In this document: piece by piece, positions 38,829 through 46,954 of the stretch
How the letters are laid out: each line of letters begins with the position of its first letter
How positions within the stretch are numbered: position 1 is the first letter of the stretch
NCBI GenBank assembly: GCA_046484945.1
Contig: JAWOHY010000026.1
Location: 2,073 to 66,072, forward strand
Direction: 5' to 3'
Length of the DNA stretch: 64,000 nt
DNA from: Bacteroidales bacterium
GTDB lineage: Bacteria > Bacteroidota > Bacteroidia > Bacteroidales > JAGOPY01
Translations under genes and position numbers: made by a program
The notes under the pieces: generated by a model
Database searches by the model: none
Told to the model about the DNA's origin: nothing
What the model saw: the letters and a program-made list of their open reading frames with translations, nothing else

Positions 38829-39830
38829 ATGGAAAAAATTCAGAGCAAGCCTATAATTGCGCTCCATATCATTCACGGTATGATGGAGCATTCGGCACGC
38901 TACGAACCATTTGCAGCGTGGCTGGCAAGCCGGGGCATTGCAGTTTATATGGCCGATCTGCCGGGGCATGGAACAGCGGCCGCCAGCCAGGATGAGCTGG
39001 GGCATATTGCTGTCGATAATGGGTGGGATGAGATACTGGAATCGGTCAGAAAGCAGCAGGATCAGATCAGGGCCGCTCATCCCGGACTGCCTGTCGTGAT
39101 GCTGGGGCATAGCTTCGGTTCGATCGTTGCCCGAAGTTTTGTACAATGCTATGCCCGGGACTACCCGTTGCATGGATTGATCCTATCGGGGGCCATGCAG
39201 CTGCCGGCAGCGCTTTTAAAGACCGGGCTCGGGCTGGCTGCCTTGCAGAAAACAGCGTATGGCATCCGGCACCGGTCCAGACTGATGATCGCCCTGGGCC
39301 ATGGGCAGTACGCGAAACATTTTTCTCCCAAACGAACCGGGTTCGACTGGCTGTCATCCAACCCGGCCGTAGTCGACGCCTACCTGGCCGACCCGCTGTG
39401 CGGTTATGCCTGCACCCTGGGGTACTATACCAATTTCTTCCACGCACTGCTGGATACCTGGAAGTGTATAAATATTCACAAAATGCCTCCTGGTATGCCG
39501 GTGCTGTTCATGGGCGGCCAAAGCGATCCGGCCATCCGTTTCGGTAAGGATACGCATATGCTTGCGACAAAATATCAACTGTGCGGTGTCAGGCGGGTAG
39601 AGATCAAACTTTGGGAAAACGGCCGGCACGAGATGCTGAATGAATTGAACAGGGAGGAGGTTTGGCAGTTTGTCCTGGATTTTGTTTTGTTCCAGAGTTC
39701 CAGGGTTTCAGGGTTCCAGGGTTCCAAAGTTCCAGGGTTCCAAAGTTTCAGGGTTCCAGGGTTTCAGGGTTCCAGGGTTCCAGGGTTCCAAAGTTTCAGG
39801 GTTCCAGAGTTCCAGGAGTCAATTGAATGA
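38829..39830 (+). CDS. Alpha/beta hydrolase (lysophospholipase / monoacylglycerol-lipase-like) with a repeat-encoded C-terminal tail
   Basis: ORF 38799..39830. ATG 38829 lies just after a TAnnTTTG box. Contains HGMMEHSARY and the nucleophile elbow GHSFGS. The last 45 aa or so (SRVSGFQGSKVPGFQSFRVPGFQ...) are translated from the 8-bp tandem array. Confidence 0.8.
   Translation: MEKIQSKPIIALHIIHGMMEHSARYEPFAAWLASRGIAVYMADLPGHGTAAASQDELGHIAVDNGWDEILESVRKQQDQIRAAHPGLPVVMLGHSFGSIVARSFVQCYARDYPLHGLILSGAMQLPAALLKTGLGLAALQKTAYGIRHRSRLMIALGHGQYAKHFSPKRTGFDWLSSNPAVVDAYLADPLCGYACTLGYYTNFFHALLDTWKCINIHKMPPGMPVLFMGGQSDPAIRFGKDTHMLATKYQLCGVRRVEIKLWENGRHEMLNELNREEVWQFVLDFVLFQSSRVSGFQGSKVPGFQSFRVPGFQGSRVPGFQSFRVPEFQESIE
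39689..39816. repeat. Tandem octamer array (GTTYCARR) x16
   Basis: 16 contiguous 8-bp units (gttccagg / gtttcagg / gttccaaa / gttccaga). There is no TAA, TAG or TGA in any plus-strand frame. Confidence 0.95.
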
Positions 39831-39986
39831 CCACCGTCGTATGACAACTGTATGACAACCGTATGACAACCGTATGACAACTGTATGACAACCGTATGAC
39901 AACCGTATGACAACCGTATGACAACTGTATGACCACCGTATGACAACCGTATGACAACTGTATGACCACCGTATGACAACCGTATG
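39827..39986. repeat. Tandem 11-bp array (GTATGACAACY) x14, each unit holding an ATG and a TGA
   Basis: ATGs at 39827 and at 39841 + 11n up to 39984. Each unit reads ATG ACA ACY GTA TGA, with the TGA overlapping the next ATG. Confidence 0.95.
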
Positions 39987-40568
39987 ACAGATTACACTAA
40001 AATAATCCACAGGTATTATCCACCAGGCACGCTGCGACATCAGATCTATGTGCCCCATTGCCAGGCAGTAAGGGATCTTGCGCTTTCAATTGCCAGGGCG
40101 AATCCGGCCCTGGGAGCCGATCCTGCGATCCTGGAGGCGGGAGCGATGCTGCACGATATCGGCATTTTCATGACCGATGCGCCTGAGATCGGCTGCCACG
40201 GAGACCTCCCCTACCTGGCGCATGGGTACAAAGGACGTGAGCTGCTGGAGAAAGAAGGGCTGCCTGAGATCGCCCCGGTGTGCGAGCGGCATATCGGGGT
40301 GGGGATCACGGTACAGGATATTTTAAACCGAAACCTGCCGCTTCCTCACCGGGATATGACACCGCAGACGCTCGAAGAAAAGATCATATGCTATGCCGAT
40401 AAATTTTTCTCCAAGTCAGCCACTGACCTTCTCAAACCAAAGCCGCTGAAAAAGGTTAAAAAAAGCATCAGCAAATACGGAGAGGATAAATGGCAGATCT
40501 TTGAAGAAATGATGGCGCTGTTCGGCCTGGACCAGGTTTACTCAAACACCAGCTCACCGTCAAGGTAA
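39984..40568 (+). CDS. HD-domain phosphohydrolase
   Basis: 194 aa. Contains H...HDIG (MLHDIGIF) and downstream metal ligands (ERHIGVG, YADK). The ATG is the last unit of the 11-bp array. Confidence 0.8.
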   Translation: MTDYTKIIHRYYPPGTLRHQIYVPHCQAVRDLALSIARANPALGADPAILEAGAMLHDIGIFMTDAPEIGCHGDLPYLAHGYKGRELLEKEGLPEIAPVCERHIGVGITVQDILNRNLPLPHRDMTPQTLEEKIICYADKFFSKSATDLLKPKPLKKVKKSISKYGEDKWQIFEEMMALFGLDQVYSNTSSPSR

Positions 40569-42175
40569 GTCTTTAAAACGCTGACTCCCGGTATTTCCTC
40601 CGGGGGGATCTCCATGATATCCCTGTCAAGGATCACGAAATCGGCGAATTTCCCTGGCTCGATGCTTCCCTTGATGTCTTCTTCGAAACTCCCTTTCGCG
40701 GCCCAGATGGTCATGGAACGCAGCGCTTCTTCCCGGCTGATGGCGTTTTCCATCTGAAATCCGCCTTCGGGGTAACCCTGCCTGTCCTGCCTGGCTATTG
40801 CTGCGTGAAAAGTATACAGTGGATTGATCTCTTCCACGGGAAAATCAGTGCCGTTCACCAGCCAGCCGTTTTCTTCCAGCAGTTGCTTATAAGCATAAGC
40901 ACCCTTGATACGCCCGGGTCCCAGACGGTCTTCCGCCCAGTACATATCCGACGTACAATGTGTGCTTTGGATCGAAGGAATGATGCTGTATTTTCCGAAA
41001 AGCGCAAAGTCATCAGGATGGATCACCTGTGCATGCTCAATCCGCCAGCGACGGTCGTTGGGCTCCTTCAGCACATGACCATACAAATTGAGCATCAGCC
41101 GGTTGGCTGCATCGCCTATGCAGTGGGTGTTCACCTGGAAATTCTTTTCATAGGCCTTCTCCAGGATGCCGCGGAAATATTCCTTTGAAGACATCAGCAG
41201 TCCCCGGTTTGCCGGATCGTCGGAATAAGGCTCCAGGAGCCAGGCGCCACGGGAACCCAGGGCGCCATCCGTATACAGTTTGATGGAATTCACCGTCAGC
41301 CGTTCTTTCTGGAACGGCCCTTTATCGACAAATTCTGACAGGTTCCGGTCGGTCGGACTGAGCATGGCATTCACCCGCATCCGCAGTTTTCCGGCTATCT
41401 GCAATGAATCAATCAGCATGACCGTTTCATAATCGAGCCCGGCATCCACCACCGACGTGAGTCCCACGGCAAAGCATGCTTGCTGGGCTTCGGTCAGTGC
41501 ATCGGCCTTTAACAAAGCCTCCGGCTCCGGGATGACCGCTTTCAGCAAGCCGGCTGCTTGATCGATCAGGATCCCTGTCGGCTTTCCATCTTTCAACAGC
41601 ACCTCTCCCCCATCCACTTTGGTATCAGCTGTGATACCGGCGCGTCGCAATGCCTCGCTGTTGGCCAGCACCGCGTGTCCGTCGACCCGTGTCAGGACCA
41701 CCGGATTCTCCGGAAAGAGTTTATCCAGCAAGGCATTGTCCGGAAACTCCTTCACCACCCAGTCGTTCTGGTCCCATCCCCTGCCCAGGATCCAGACATA
41801 CGGATGCGTTTCATGATAATTCCGCAGCACCTGCAACACATCTTCAAAGGAGGCCGTCCCTCTCAGGTCAACCGACTGGTTTCGACCCAATGCGTAACCG
41901 TAAAAGTGGCAATGCCCGTCAATAAAGCCCGGGTAAACAGCCTTGCCGCCGGCATCGATCACCAGGTCGGCGGTGTATTTACTGGTGATCTCTTCCGTGG
42001 CGCCTGTTGCCAGGATAAGGCCATCGCGCATGGCAAATGCTTGTGCGACTGAAAATTCATCATCGACGGTATAAACGATTCCATTGACCAGGATCTGGTC
42101 GGCTTTCTCTTTCATACTGCATCCGGATATAATGAAAAACAATAAAAACAGGGAAACAATCGGCAGGTATTTCAT
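40538..42175 (-). CDS. Amidohydrolase-family metallo-dependent hydrolase (YtcJ-like), lipoprotein
   Basis: 545 aa. Has a lipobox ISGC, the metal motif DGHCHF, and the later motifs HCIGD, EHAQ and GTDFPVE. Confidence 0.85.
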   Translation of the reverse strand: MKYLPIVSLFLLFFIISGCSMKEKADQILVNGIVYTVDDEFSVAQAFAMRDGLILATGATEEITSKYTADLVIDAGGKAVYPGFIDGHCHFYGYALGRNQSVDLRGTASFEDVLQVLRNYHETHPYVWILGRGWDQNDWVVKEFPDNALLDKLFPENPVVLTRVDGHAVLANSEALRRAGITADTKVDGGEVLLKDGKPTGILIDQAAGLLKAVIPEPEALLKADALTEAQQACFAVGLTSVVDAGLDYETVMLIDSLQIAGKLRMRVNAMLSPTDRNLSEFVDKGPFQKERLTVNSIKLYTDGALGSRGAWLLEPYSDDPANRGLLMSSKEYFRGILEKAYEKNFQVNTHCIGDAANRLMLNLYGHVLKEPNDRRWRIEHAQVIHPDDFALFGKYSIIPSIQSTHCTSDMYWAEDRLGPGRIKGAYAYKQLLEENGWLVNGTDFPVEEINPLYTFHAAIARQDRQGYPEGGFQMENAISREEALRSMTIWAAKGSFEEDIKGSIEPGKFADFVILDRDIMEIPPEEIPGVSVLKTYLDGELVFE

Positions 42176-42267
42176 AACAGGGGATAATTAATTATATTTC
42201 GAACAAAATTAAGAAAAGCCTGTTAATTAAAATCTATTTAACAACCGGCATAATGTTAAAACCTTGT

Positions 42268-42275
42268 TATATTTG
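42268..42275 (+). promoter_or_regulatory. Bacteroidota -7 promoter box (DUF6580-like gene)
   Basis: TATATTTG, 24 nt upstream of ATG 42300. Confidence 0.4.
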
Positions 42276-42299
42276 TGCTCTGATTTAAATTGTTGTCAC

Positions 42300-42854
42300 A
42301 TGAATAAGAAATACGCCCAGACCAGCCTGATAGTTATCATTTCCATTATCATTTCCGGGGCATTGTTCCGGTTCATCCCCCACTGGCCAAACTTCACGCC
42401 CATTGCAGCCATGGCTCTGTTTGGCGGCGCTTACCTGGGAAGGAAATATCTTGCTTTCATCATCCCGTTTGCTGCCATGTTCCTCAGCGACCTGCTCCTG
42501 GGATTTCATACCGGTATGTGGGCTGTTTACCTGGCCTTTGGGATAACGGTGATGATCGGCACGCTCATCCGGAAAAATCCGCGTTTTGCCAGCATATTTG
42601 GCGCTTCGTTAGCCTCCTCTGTGATCTTCTTCCTGCTGACCAATTTCGCCGCCTGGCTGGCCAGTCCGTTCTACCCGCCTACCCTTGCCGGTCTGATGCA
42701 ATCTTATATAGCCGGGCTCGCCTTCTTCCATAACGGATCGCTGGGGATTTCCTTTTTCATCAATGAAGTCGCCGGCACCCTCTTCTACAGCGGTATCTTC
42801 TTCGGCGCCTATGCCATGGCACGCCAGTGGATGCCGGCGGTGAATGGTCGTTAG
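42300..42854 (+). CDS. Integral membrane protein (DUF6580-like)
   Basis: ORF 42264..42854. ATG 42300 follows a TAnnTTTG box at 42268. About 5-6 TM helices, with an N-terminus of the form FRFIPHWPNFTPIAAMALFGG. Confidence 0.55.
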   Translation: MNKKYAQTSLIVIISIIISGALFRFIPHWPNFTPIAAMALFGGAYLGRKYLAFIIPFAAMFLSDLLLGFHTGMWAVYLAFGITVMIGTLIRKNPRFASIFGASLASSVIFFLLTNFAAWLASPFYPPTLAGLMQSYIAGLAFFHNGSLGISFFINEVAGTLFYSGIFFGAYAMARQWMPAVNGR

Positions 42855-42904
42855 GTATTGGGTATTAGGTATTAGGTATTAGGTAATGGGGTATTGGGGT
42901 ATTG
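42855..42904. repeat. Tandem 7/8-mer array (GGTATTR) x7
   Basis: Starts directly after TAG 42852-42854: gtattgg gtattag gtattag gtattag gtaatgg ggtattgg ggtattg. Confidence 0.88.
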
Positions 42905-42920
42905 CGTTTTATTACTCATC

Positions 42921-42955
42921 TTCTGACTTCTATATTCTATCTTCTATCTTCTCCT
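42921..42955. repeat. Tandem heptamer array (TTCTATC) x5
   Basis: ttctgac ttctata ttctatc ttctatc ttctcct. Confidence 0.85.
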
Positions 42956-42965
42956 GAATTTTCTA

Positions 42966-42973
42966 TACCTTTG
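42966..42973 (+). promoter_or_regulatory. Bacteroidota -7 promoter box (small protein-mutL operon)
   Basis: TACCTTTG, 16 nt upstream of ATG 42990. Confidence 0.4.
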
Positions 42974-42989
42974 CCTGAAACCGCCTGGC

Positions 42990-43292
42990 ATGAACATTTA
43001 TTTTTTCAGAAGGCCGAAGCCTAAGCAATTCGACTATAAACCGGTGTATTACGATCCGGTGAAGGAAGAAATGGAGGAGCGGAAAAAAGCAGCAGGCCAT
43101 GCAGAAGGGGATGATCCCAGGGAGCGGTTCCGTTCGAATGTCAGACGGCACTGGCGGAAGGAGGAGCCTGTGAAAGACAGGTACAGCCAGTTTTTAAGGG
43201 TTTTCTTCTACGTGATATTTGCCGTCTTTGTCATCTACTTCATTTTCTTTACTGATTTTATCAACCGGATGGTCTCATTTTTCATGCGATAG
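42990..43292 (+). CDS. Small membrane-anchored protein, unknown function
   Basis: 100 aa. Has a basic/acidic N-terminal half and one C-terminal TM helix. It ends 3 nt before mutL, and a TAnnTTTG box lies at 42966. Confidence 0.5.
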   Translation: MNIYFFRRPKPKQFDYKPVYYDPVKEEMEERKKAAGHAEGDDPRERFRSNVRRHWRKEEPVKDRYSQFLRVFFYVIFAVFVIYFIFFTDFINRMVSFFMR

Positions 43293-43295
43293 ATC

Positions 43296-45125
43296 ATGGC
43301 TGATATCATACAACTTCTCCCCGACTCTGTAGCCAACCAGATTGCCGCCGGCGAGGTTATCCTTCGCCCGGCGTCTGCTGTGAAGGAATTGCTGGAGAAT
43401 GCCGTCGATGCGGGCGCCACGGAGATCAACCTGATCATCAAAGACGCCGGCAAAACCCTGATACAGGTGGTGGATAACGGCAGCGGCATGACCGAAAGGG
43501 ATGCCCGCATGTCGTTCGAGCGGCATGCCACCAGTAAGATCAGACAGGCCAACGACCTTTTTGCCATCCGTACGCTGGGTTTCCGCGGGGAAGCGCTTGC
43601 CTCGATCGCTGCCATCGCACAAATAGAAATGAGGACCCGCAGGCAGGAAGATGAACTGGGCACACTTATCGAAATAGAAGGTTCGCGGGTAAAAAAACAG
43701 GAAAACTGCAGTTGTTCCGTCGGGACATCGATCCAGGTAAAGAACCTGTTCTTCAATGTGCCGGCCAGGCGTAGCTTTCTGAAAACGGAAACGGCTGAGT
43801 TCAAACATATCGTCGATGAGTTTTTCAGGGTCGCGCTCGTCCGGAACAATATCCGGTTCACTTTCCACCAGAACCAGAAAATCCTTTACCAGCTGGCACC
43901 AGGAACCAGGAAACAACGGGTCATCGCCCTTTTTGGCTCAAGCTACCAGGAAAGGCTGATGAATGTGGAACACATTTCAGAGGCAATGTCGGTTACAGGC
44001 TTCATCGGCAAGCCCGAATTTGCCAGGAAAACCAAAGGAGAACAGTACTTCTTTGTCAACGACAGGTACATTCGCCATCCGTACCTGCATCACTCCGTTG
44101 AAAATGCGTATCGCGAGCTGATTCCCCACGATACGGTTCCCAGTTATTTTATCTACATCGAAACCGACCCCGGAACCATCGATATCAACATTCACCCGAC
44201 CAAGACGGAGGTGAATTTCATGGATAACAAAGTGATCTACGCTGTCATCCGGGCGGCCATCAGGCAGACATTAGGGCTTCATAATATTATCGATACGATC
44301 AACTTCGACGTTGAAAAGAGCCTGGATTTCGGGCCACCTCCCCCGGGGTACGAAATAAAAAACCCGTTCGATGTGCCGCCCACTGATTTCAATCCATTCG
44401 AGTCATCCGACGGAAAAAGCACAGCCATTGAGAAGGGCTGGTTCAGAAAACCGGCTACCGGTTGGGAGAAACTGTTGGAAAAACCTGATAAAGAAGCGGA
44501 TGAACTGTCACCCGGGCTCATACCGGATGAAGATGACAGTACCGGAGGGATCAAATTATTAAAAGAGCATGTCTTTCAGTTTCAAAACCGCTACATCGTC
44601 AGCATGATCAAAACAGGTCTGATGGTCATTGACCAGCAAAGGGCGCAGGAAAGGATACTGTACGACCGTTATCTTGACCAGATCAGGCAGCAAAGCCAGG
44701 TTGTGCAGCAGGAATTGTTCCCGATGCAGGTCTCTTTTTCCCCGGGTGACGCCGGACTGCTGGATGAGATCATGGGTGAGCTGAACGTTCTCGGCTTTCA
44801 TCTGAACAAACTGGGACAGCATACGTTTGTAGTAACAGGGACGCCATCCGGCATCGCCGAGAACGACCTTCAACCGTTAATTGAAGGGTTCCTGCAACAA
44901 TACAAGCGAAACATGGCAGACCTGGATCTGGATAAAAGCACTAATTTAGCCCGTTCGCTTTCTCGCAGCATGGCTGTGAAATTGAACAGGCAGTTGCACC
45001 CGGAGGAAATGATCCATCTGATCAGCGAGCTGTTCTCCACATCGGTGCCGGAACAAACCCCGGAAGGGAAAAGGATCTTTACCGTGATAACACAGGAAAA
45101 CATACATCAGCTCTTAAACCGTTAA
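43296..45125 (+). CDS. mutL: DNA mismatch repair protein MutL
   Basis: 609 aa. Has the GHKL ATPase motifs (IAAGEVI, ELLENAVDAG, DNGSGM, GFRGEAL) and a C-terminal dimerisation domain. Confidence 0.96.
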   Translation: MADIIQLLPDSVANQIAAGEVILRPASAVKELLENAVDAGATEINLIIKDAGKTLIQVVDNGSGMTERDARMSFERHATSKIRQANDLFAIRTLGFRGEALASIAAIAQIEMRTRRQEDELGTLIEIEGSRVKKQENCSCSVGTSIQVKNLFFNVPARRSFLKTETAEFKHIVDEFFRVALVRNNIRFTFHQNQKILYQLAPGTRKQRVIALFGSSYQERLMNVEHISEAMSVTGFIGKPEFARKTKGEQYFFVNDRYIRHPYLHHSVENAYRELIPHDTVPSYFIYIETDPGTIDINIHPTKTEVNFMDNKVIYAVIRAAIRQTLGLHNIIDTINFDVEKSLDFGPPPPGYEIKNPFDVPPTDFNPFESSDGKSTAIEKGWFRKPATGWEKLLEKPDKEADELSPGLIPDEDDSTGGIKLLKEHVFQFQNRYIVSMIKTGLMVIDQQRAQERILYDRYLDQIRQQSQVVQQELFPMQVSFSPGDAGLLDEIMGELNVLGFHLNKLGQHTFVVTGTPSGIAENDLQPLIEGFLQQYKRNMADLDLDKSTNLARSLSRSMAVKLNRQLHPEEMIHLISELFSTSVPEQTPEGKRIFTVITQENIHQLLNR

Positions 45126-45138
45126 ACAGAAGTAAGAT

Positions 45139-45990
45139 ATGTCAGATCAATTCAGGCCCAGGGGCTTCACACTGCTTCCGACGGTAGTTAAAAACCTGCT
45201 GATCATTAACATTCTGATGTTTCTTGCCCAGATAGCCGTCGGCAAGTCGTTTAATATCGGGCTGGAAGACATACTGGGACTGCATTATTTCGCCAGTCAG
45301 GCTTTCAAGCCCTGGCAGATCATTACCTATATGTTCCTGCATGGCGATTTCATGCACCTGCTATTCAACATGTTTGCCCTCTGGATGTTTGGCTACGCCC
45401 TTGAAAATGTCTGGGGAGCCCGTCGTTTTCTATTCTACTATTTTGTTACCGGTATCGGTGCCGCCGCTGTCCATTATTTTGTCATATTTCTGCAAATCAA
45501 TCCAACGATAGTGGAACTGAACCAGGTGATTGCCAGCGGTGATGCAGTAGCCATTTTTAATTTTGTCGGACAGCACCAGTTCAGGATAAGCCAGTACTCA
45601 GGAGAGATTTATTTTCAATTCAATAAATTCCAGCTGGCGCTGGCTGAACTGAACGTCAACCCGGAAAGCCGGGAGTCGTTGCAAATCGCCAAAAATTTCC
45701 TGGTTGATTACCGGGAGTATTTTCTCAACCTGCCGAATGTGATCGGCGCCTCAGGGGCCGTTTTCGGGATCCTGCTGGCCTTCGGCATGCTGTTCCCCAA
45801 TGCGTTGATATACATCTATTTCCTCTTTCCTATCAAGGCCAAATATTTCGTGATCATATACGGAGCCATTGAGCTTTATTACGGTTTCAGCGGAAGCGGA
45901 TCCAACATCGCCCATTTTGCCCACCTCGGGGGTATGATCTTCGGGTTTTTCCTCATTCAATACTGGAAGAAAAAAGGCAGACTATATTAA
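45139..45990 (+). CDS. Rhomboid-family intramembrane serine protease
   Basis: 283 aa. Contains HLLFNM, the catalytic serine motif GASGAVFG, and the catalytic histidine motif AHLGG. Confidence 0.88.
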   Translation: MSDQFRPRGFTLLPTVVKNLLIINILMFLAQIAVGKSFNIGLEDILGLHYFASQAFKPWQIITYMFLHGDFMHLLFNMFALWMFGYALENVWGARRFLFYYFVTGIGAAAVHYFVIFLQINPTIVELNQVIASGDAVAIFNFVGQHQFRISQYSGEIYFQFNKFQLALAELNVNPESRESLQIAKNFLVDYREYFLNLPNVIGASGAVFGILLAFGMLFPNALIYIYFLFPIKAKYFVIIYGAIELYYGFSGSGSNIAHFAHLGGMIFGFFLIQYWKKKGRLY

Positions 45991-45994
45991 TCCC

Positions 45995-46888
45995 ATGATC
46001 TATCAGCAACGAAATCCAATGGAAGAGATCGGGCGTTATTTCAGATCGCCCGCCATTTTGCCCCGGCTTATTCTCATCAATATCGCCATCTGGCTGCTGA
46101 TCGCCGTGGCACGGGTTTTCTCATTCCTCTTCAATATTCCCGATTCAACCGTCGGTGATGCCATTGCCGACTATCTGGCGCTACCCGCTAAAATCAGCAC
46201 GCTGCTGAGCAGGCCGTGGACACTGGCAACTTATATGTTCCTGCATATAAGTTTTTTTCACATTCTGTTCAATATGCTCTGGCTCTATTGGTTTGGTAAA
46301 ATATTCCAGGAATTTCTGCGGTCGAAGCAATTGTTATTTGTTTATATCGCGGGCGGTTTGTCAGGCGGCTTGCTGTATATCTTGTTTTACAATGTTTTTC
46401 CCGTCTTCAGAATGACGGTCGATCAGAGCGTTGCCCTGGGCGCATCGGCCTCGGTCATGGCCATTGTGACAGGCATTGCAGTGTATGTACCCGGGTATGC
46501 CTTGAATATGCTGTTGTTCGGACGGGTCAGGATCATCTACATTGCCGCCATCTTGTTTGTCCTTGATTTTTTCATGATCCGTTCCTCTAATGCCGGCGGT
46601 CATATCGCTCATATCGGCGGCGCTTTGTTCGGGTTGCTGTTTGCTTTGTCGCTGCGGAAAGGATTTAGCTTTAAAAGGGTTTCCAACCCTTTCCGCAGAC
46701 GAAGGAAGACCTTCCGTCCAGGAATAAAGTACCCTAACGAACGACCGCTCAGCGATGATGAATTCAACTTACGAAAGGCGGCCAGGGAAAAAAGGATCAA
46801 TATGATCCTCGAAAAAATAAAAAAATCCGGCTATGAAAGCCTGAGCGAAGAAGATAAGGAGATCCTGTTTCGGGCAGGAAAGAAATAG
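45995..46888 (+). CDS. Rhomboid-family intramembrane protease (second paralog)
   Basis: 297 aa. Contains HILFNM, GASASVMA, AHIGG, and a basic C-terminal tail. Confidence 0.82.
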   Translation: MIYQQRNPMEEIGRYFRSPAILPRLILINIAIWLLIAVARVFSFLFNIPDSTVGDAIADYLALPAKISTLLSRPWTLATYMFLHISFFHILFNMLWLYWFGKIFQEFLRSKQLLFVYIAGGLSGGLLYILFYNVFPVFRMTVDQSVALGASASVMAIVTGIAVYVPGYALNMLLFGRVRIIYIAAILFVLDFFMIRSSNAGGHIAHIGGALFGLLFALSLRKGFSFKRVSNPFRRRRKTFRPGIKYPNERPLSDDEFNLRKAAREKRINMILEKIKKSGYESLSEEDKEILFRAGKK

Positions 46889-46893
46889 CGAAA

Positions 46894-46928
46894 AGGTTTA
46901 AGGTTTAAGGTTTAAGGTTCAAGGTTTA
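46894..46928. repeat. Tandem heptamer array (AGGTTTA) x5
   Basis: aggttta aggttta aggttta aggttca aggttta. Confidence 0.9.
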
Positions 46929-46930
46929 AG

Positions 46931-46954
46931 TGTTCGATGTTCAATGCTTCGATG
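46931..46954. repeat. Short tandem repeat (TGTTCRA) x3 containing the candidate start codons of the EEP gene
   Basis: tgttcga tgttcaa tgcttcga tg. ATG 46937 and ATG 46952 span unit junctions. Confidence 0.75.

Noticed and set aside
38678-39830. tRNA-Arg as the attachment site of an integrated element carrying the hydrolase gene and repeat arrays
   Set aside because: There is no integrase or recombinase. I saw no duplicate of the tRNA 3' half downstream, no compositional break, and the neighbouring genes are ordinary metabolic genes.
39689-39986. Possible CRISPR array, because of the dense regular repeats
   Set aside because: The units are 8 and 11 bp and directly contiguous, with no unique spacers. 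No cas genes are in the window. These are micro/minisatellite arrays.
39764-40058. Minus-strand ORFs of 71 and 79 aa with SYGCHTVVIRL-type 11-aa repeats
   Set aside because: They are simply the reverse-strand reading of the 11-bp x14 array (33-nt periodicity). The 79-aa ORF also overlaps the N-terminus of the well-supported HD gene, and neither has an independent start context.
40538-40568. 31-bp convergent overlap of the HD gene and amidohydrolase gene 3' ends as a possible antisense regulatory arrangement
   Set aside because: Short convergent 3' overlaps are common, and there is no supporting structure or conserved motif. I note it only as a reason why no terminator hairpin is visible between the two genes.
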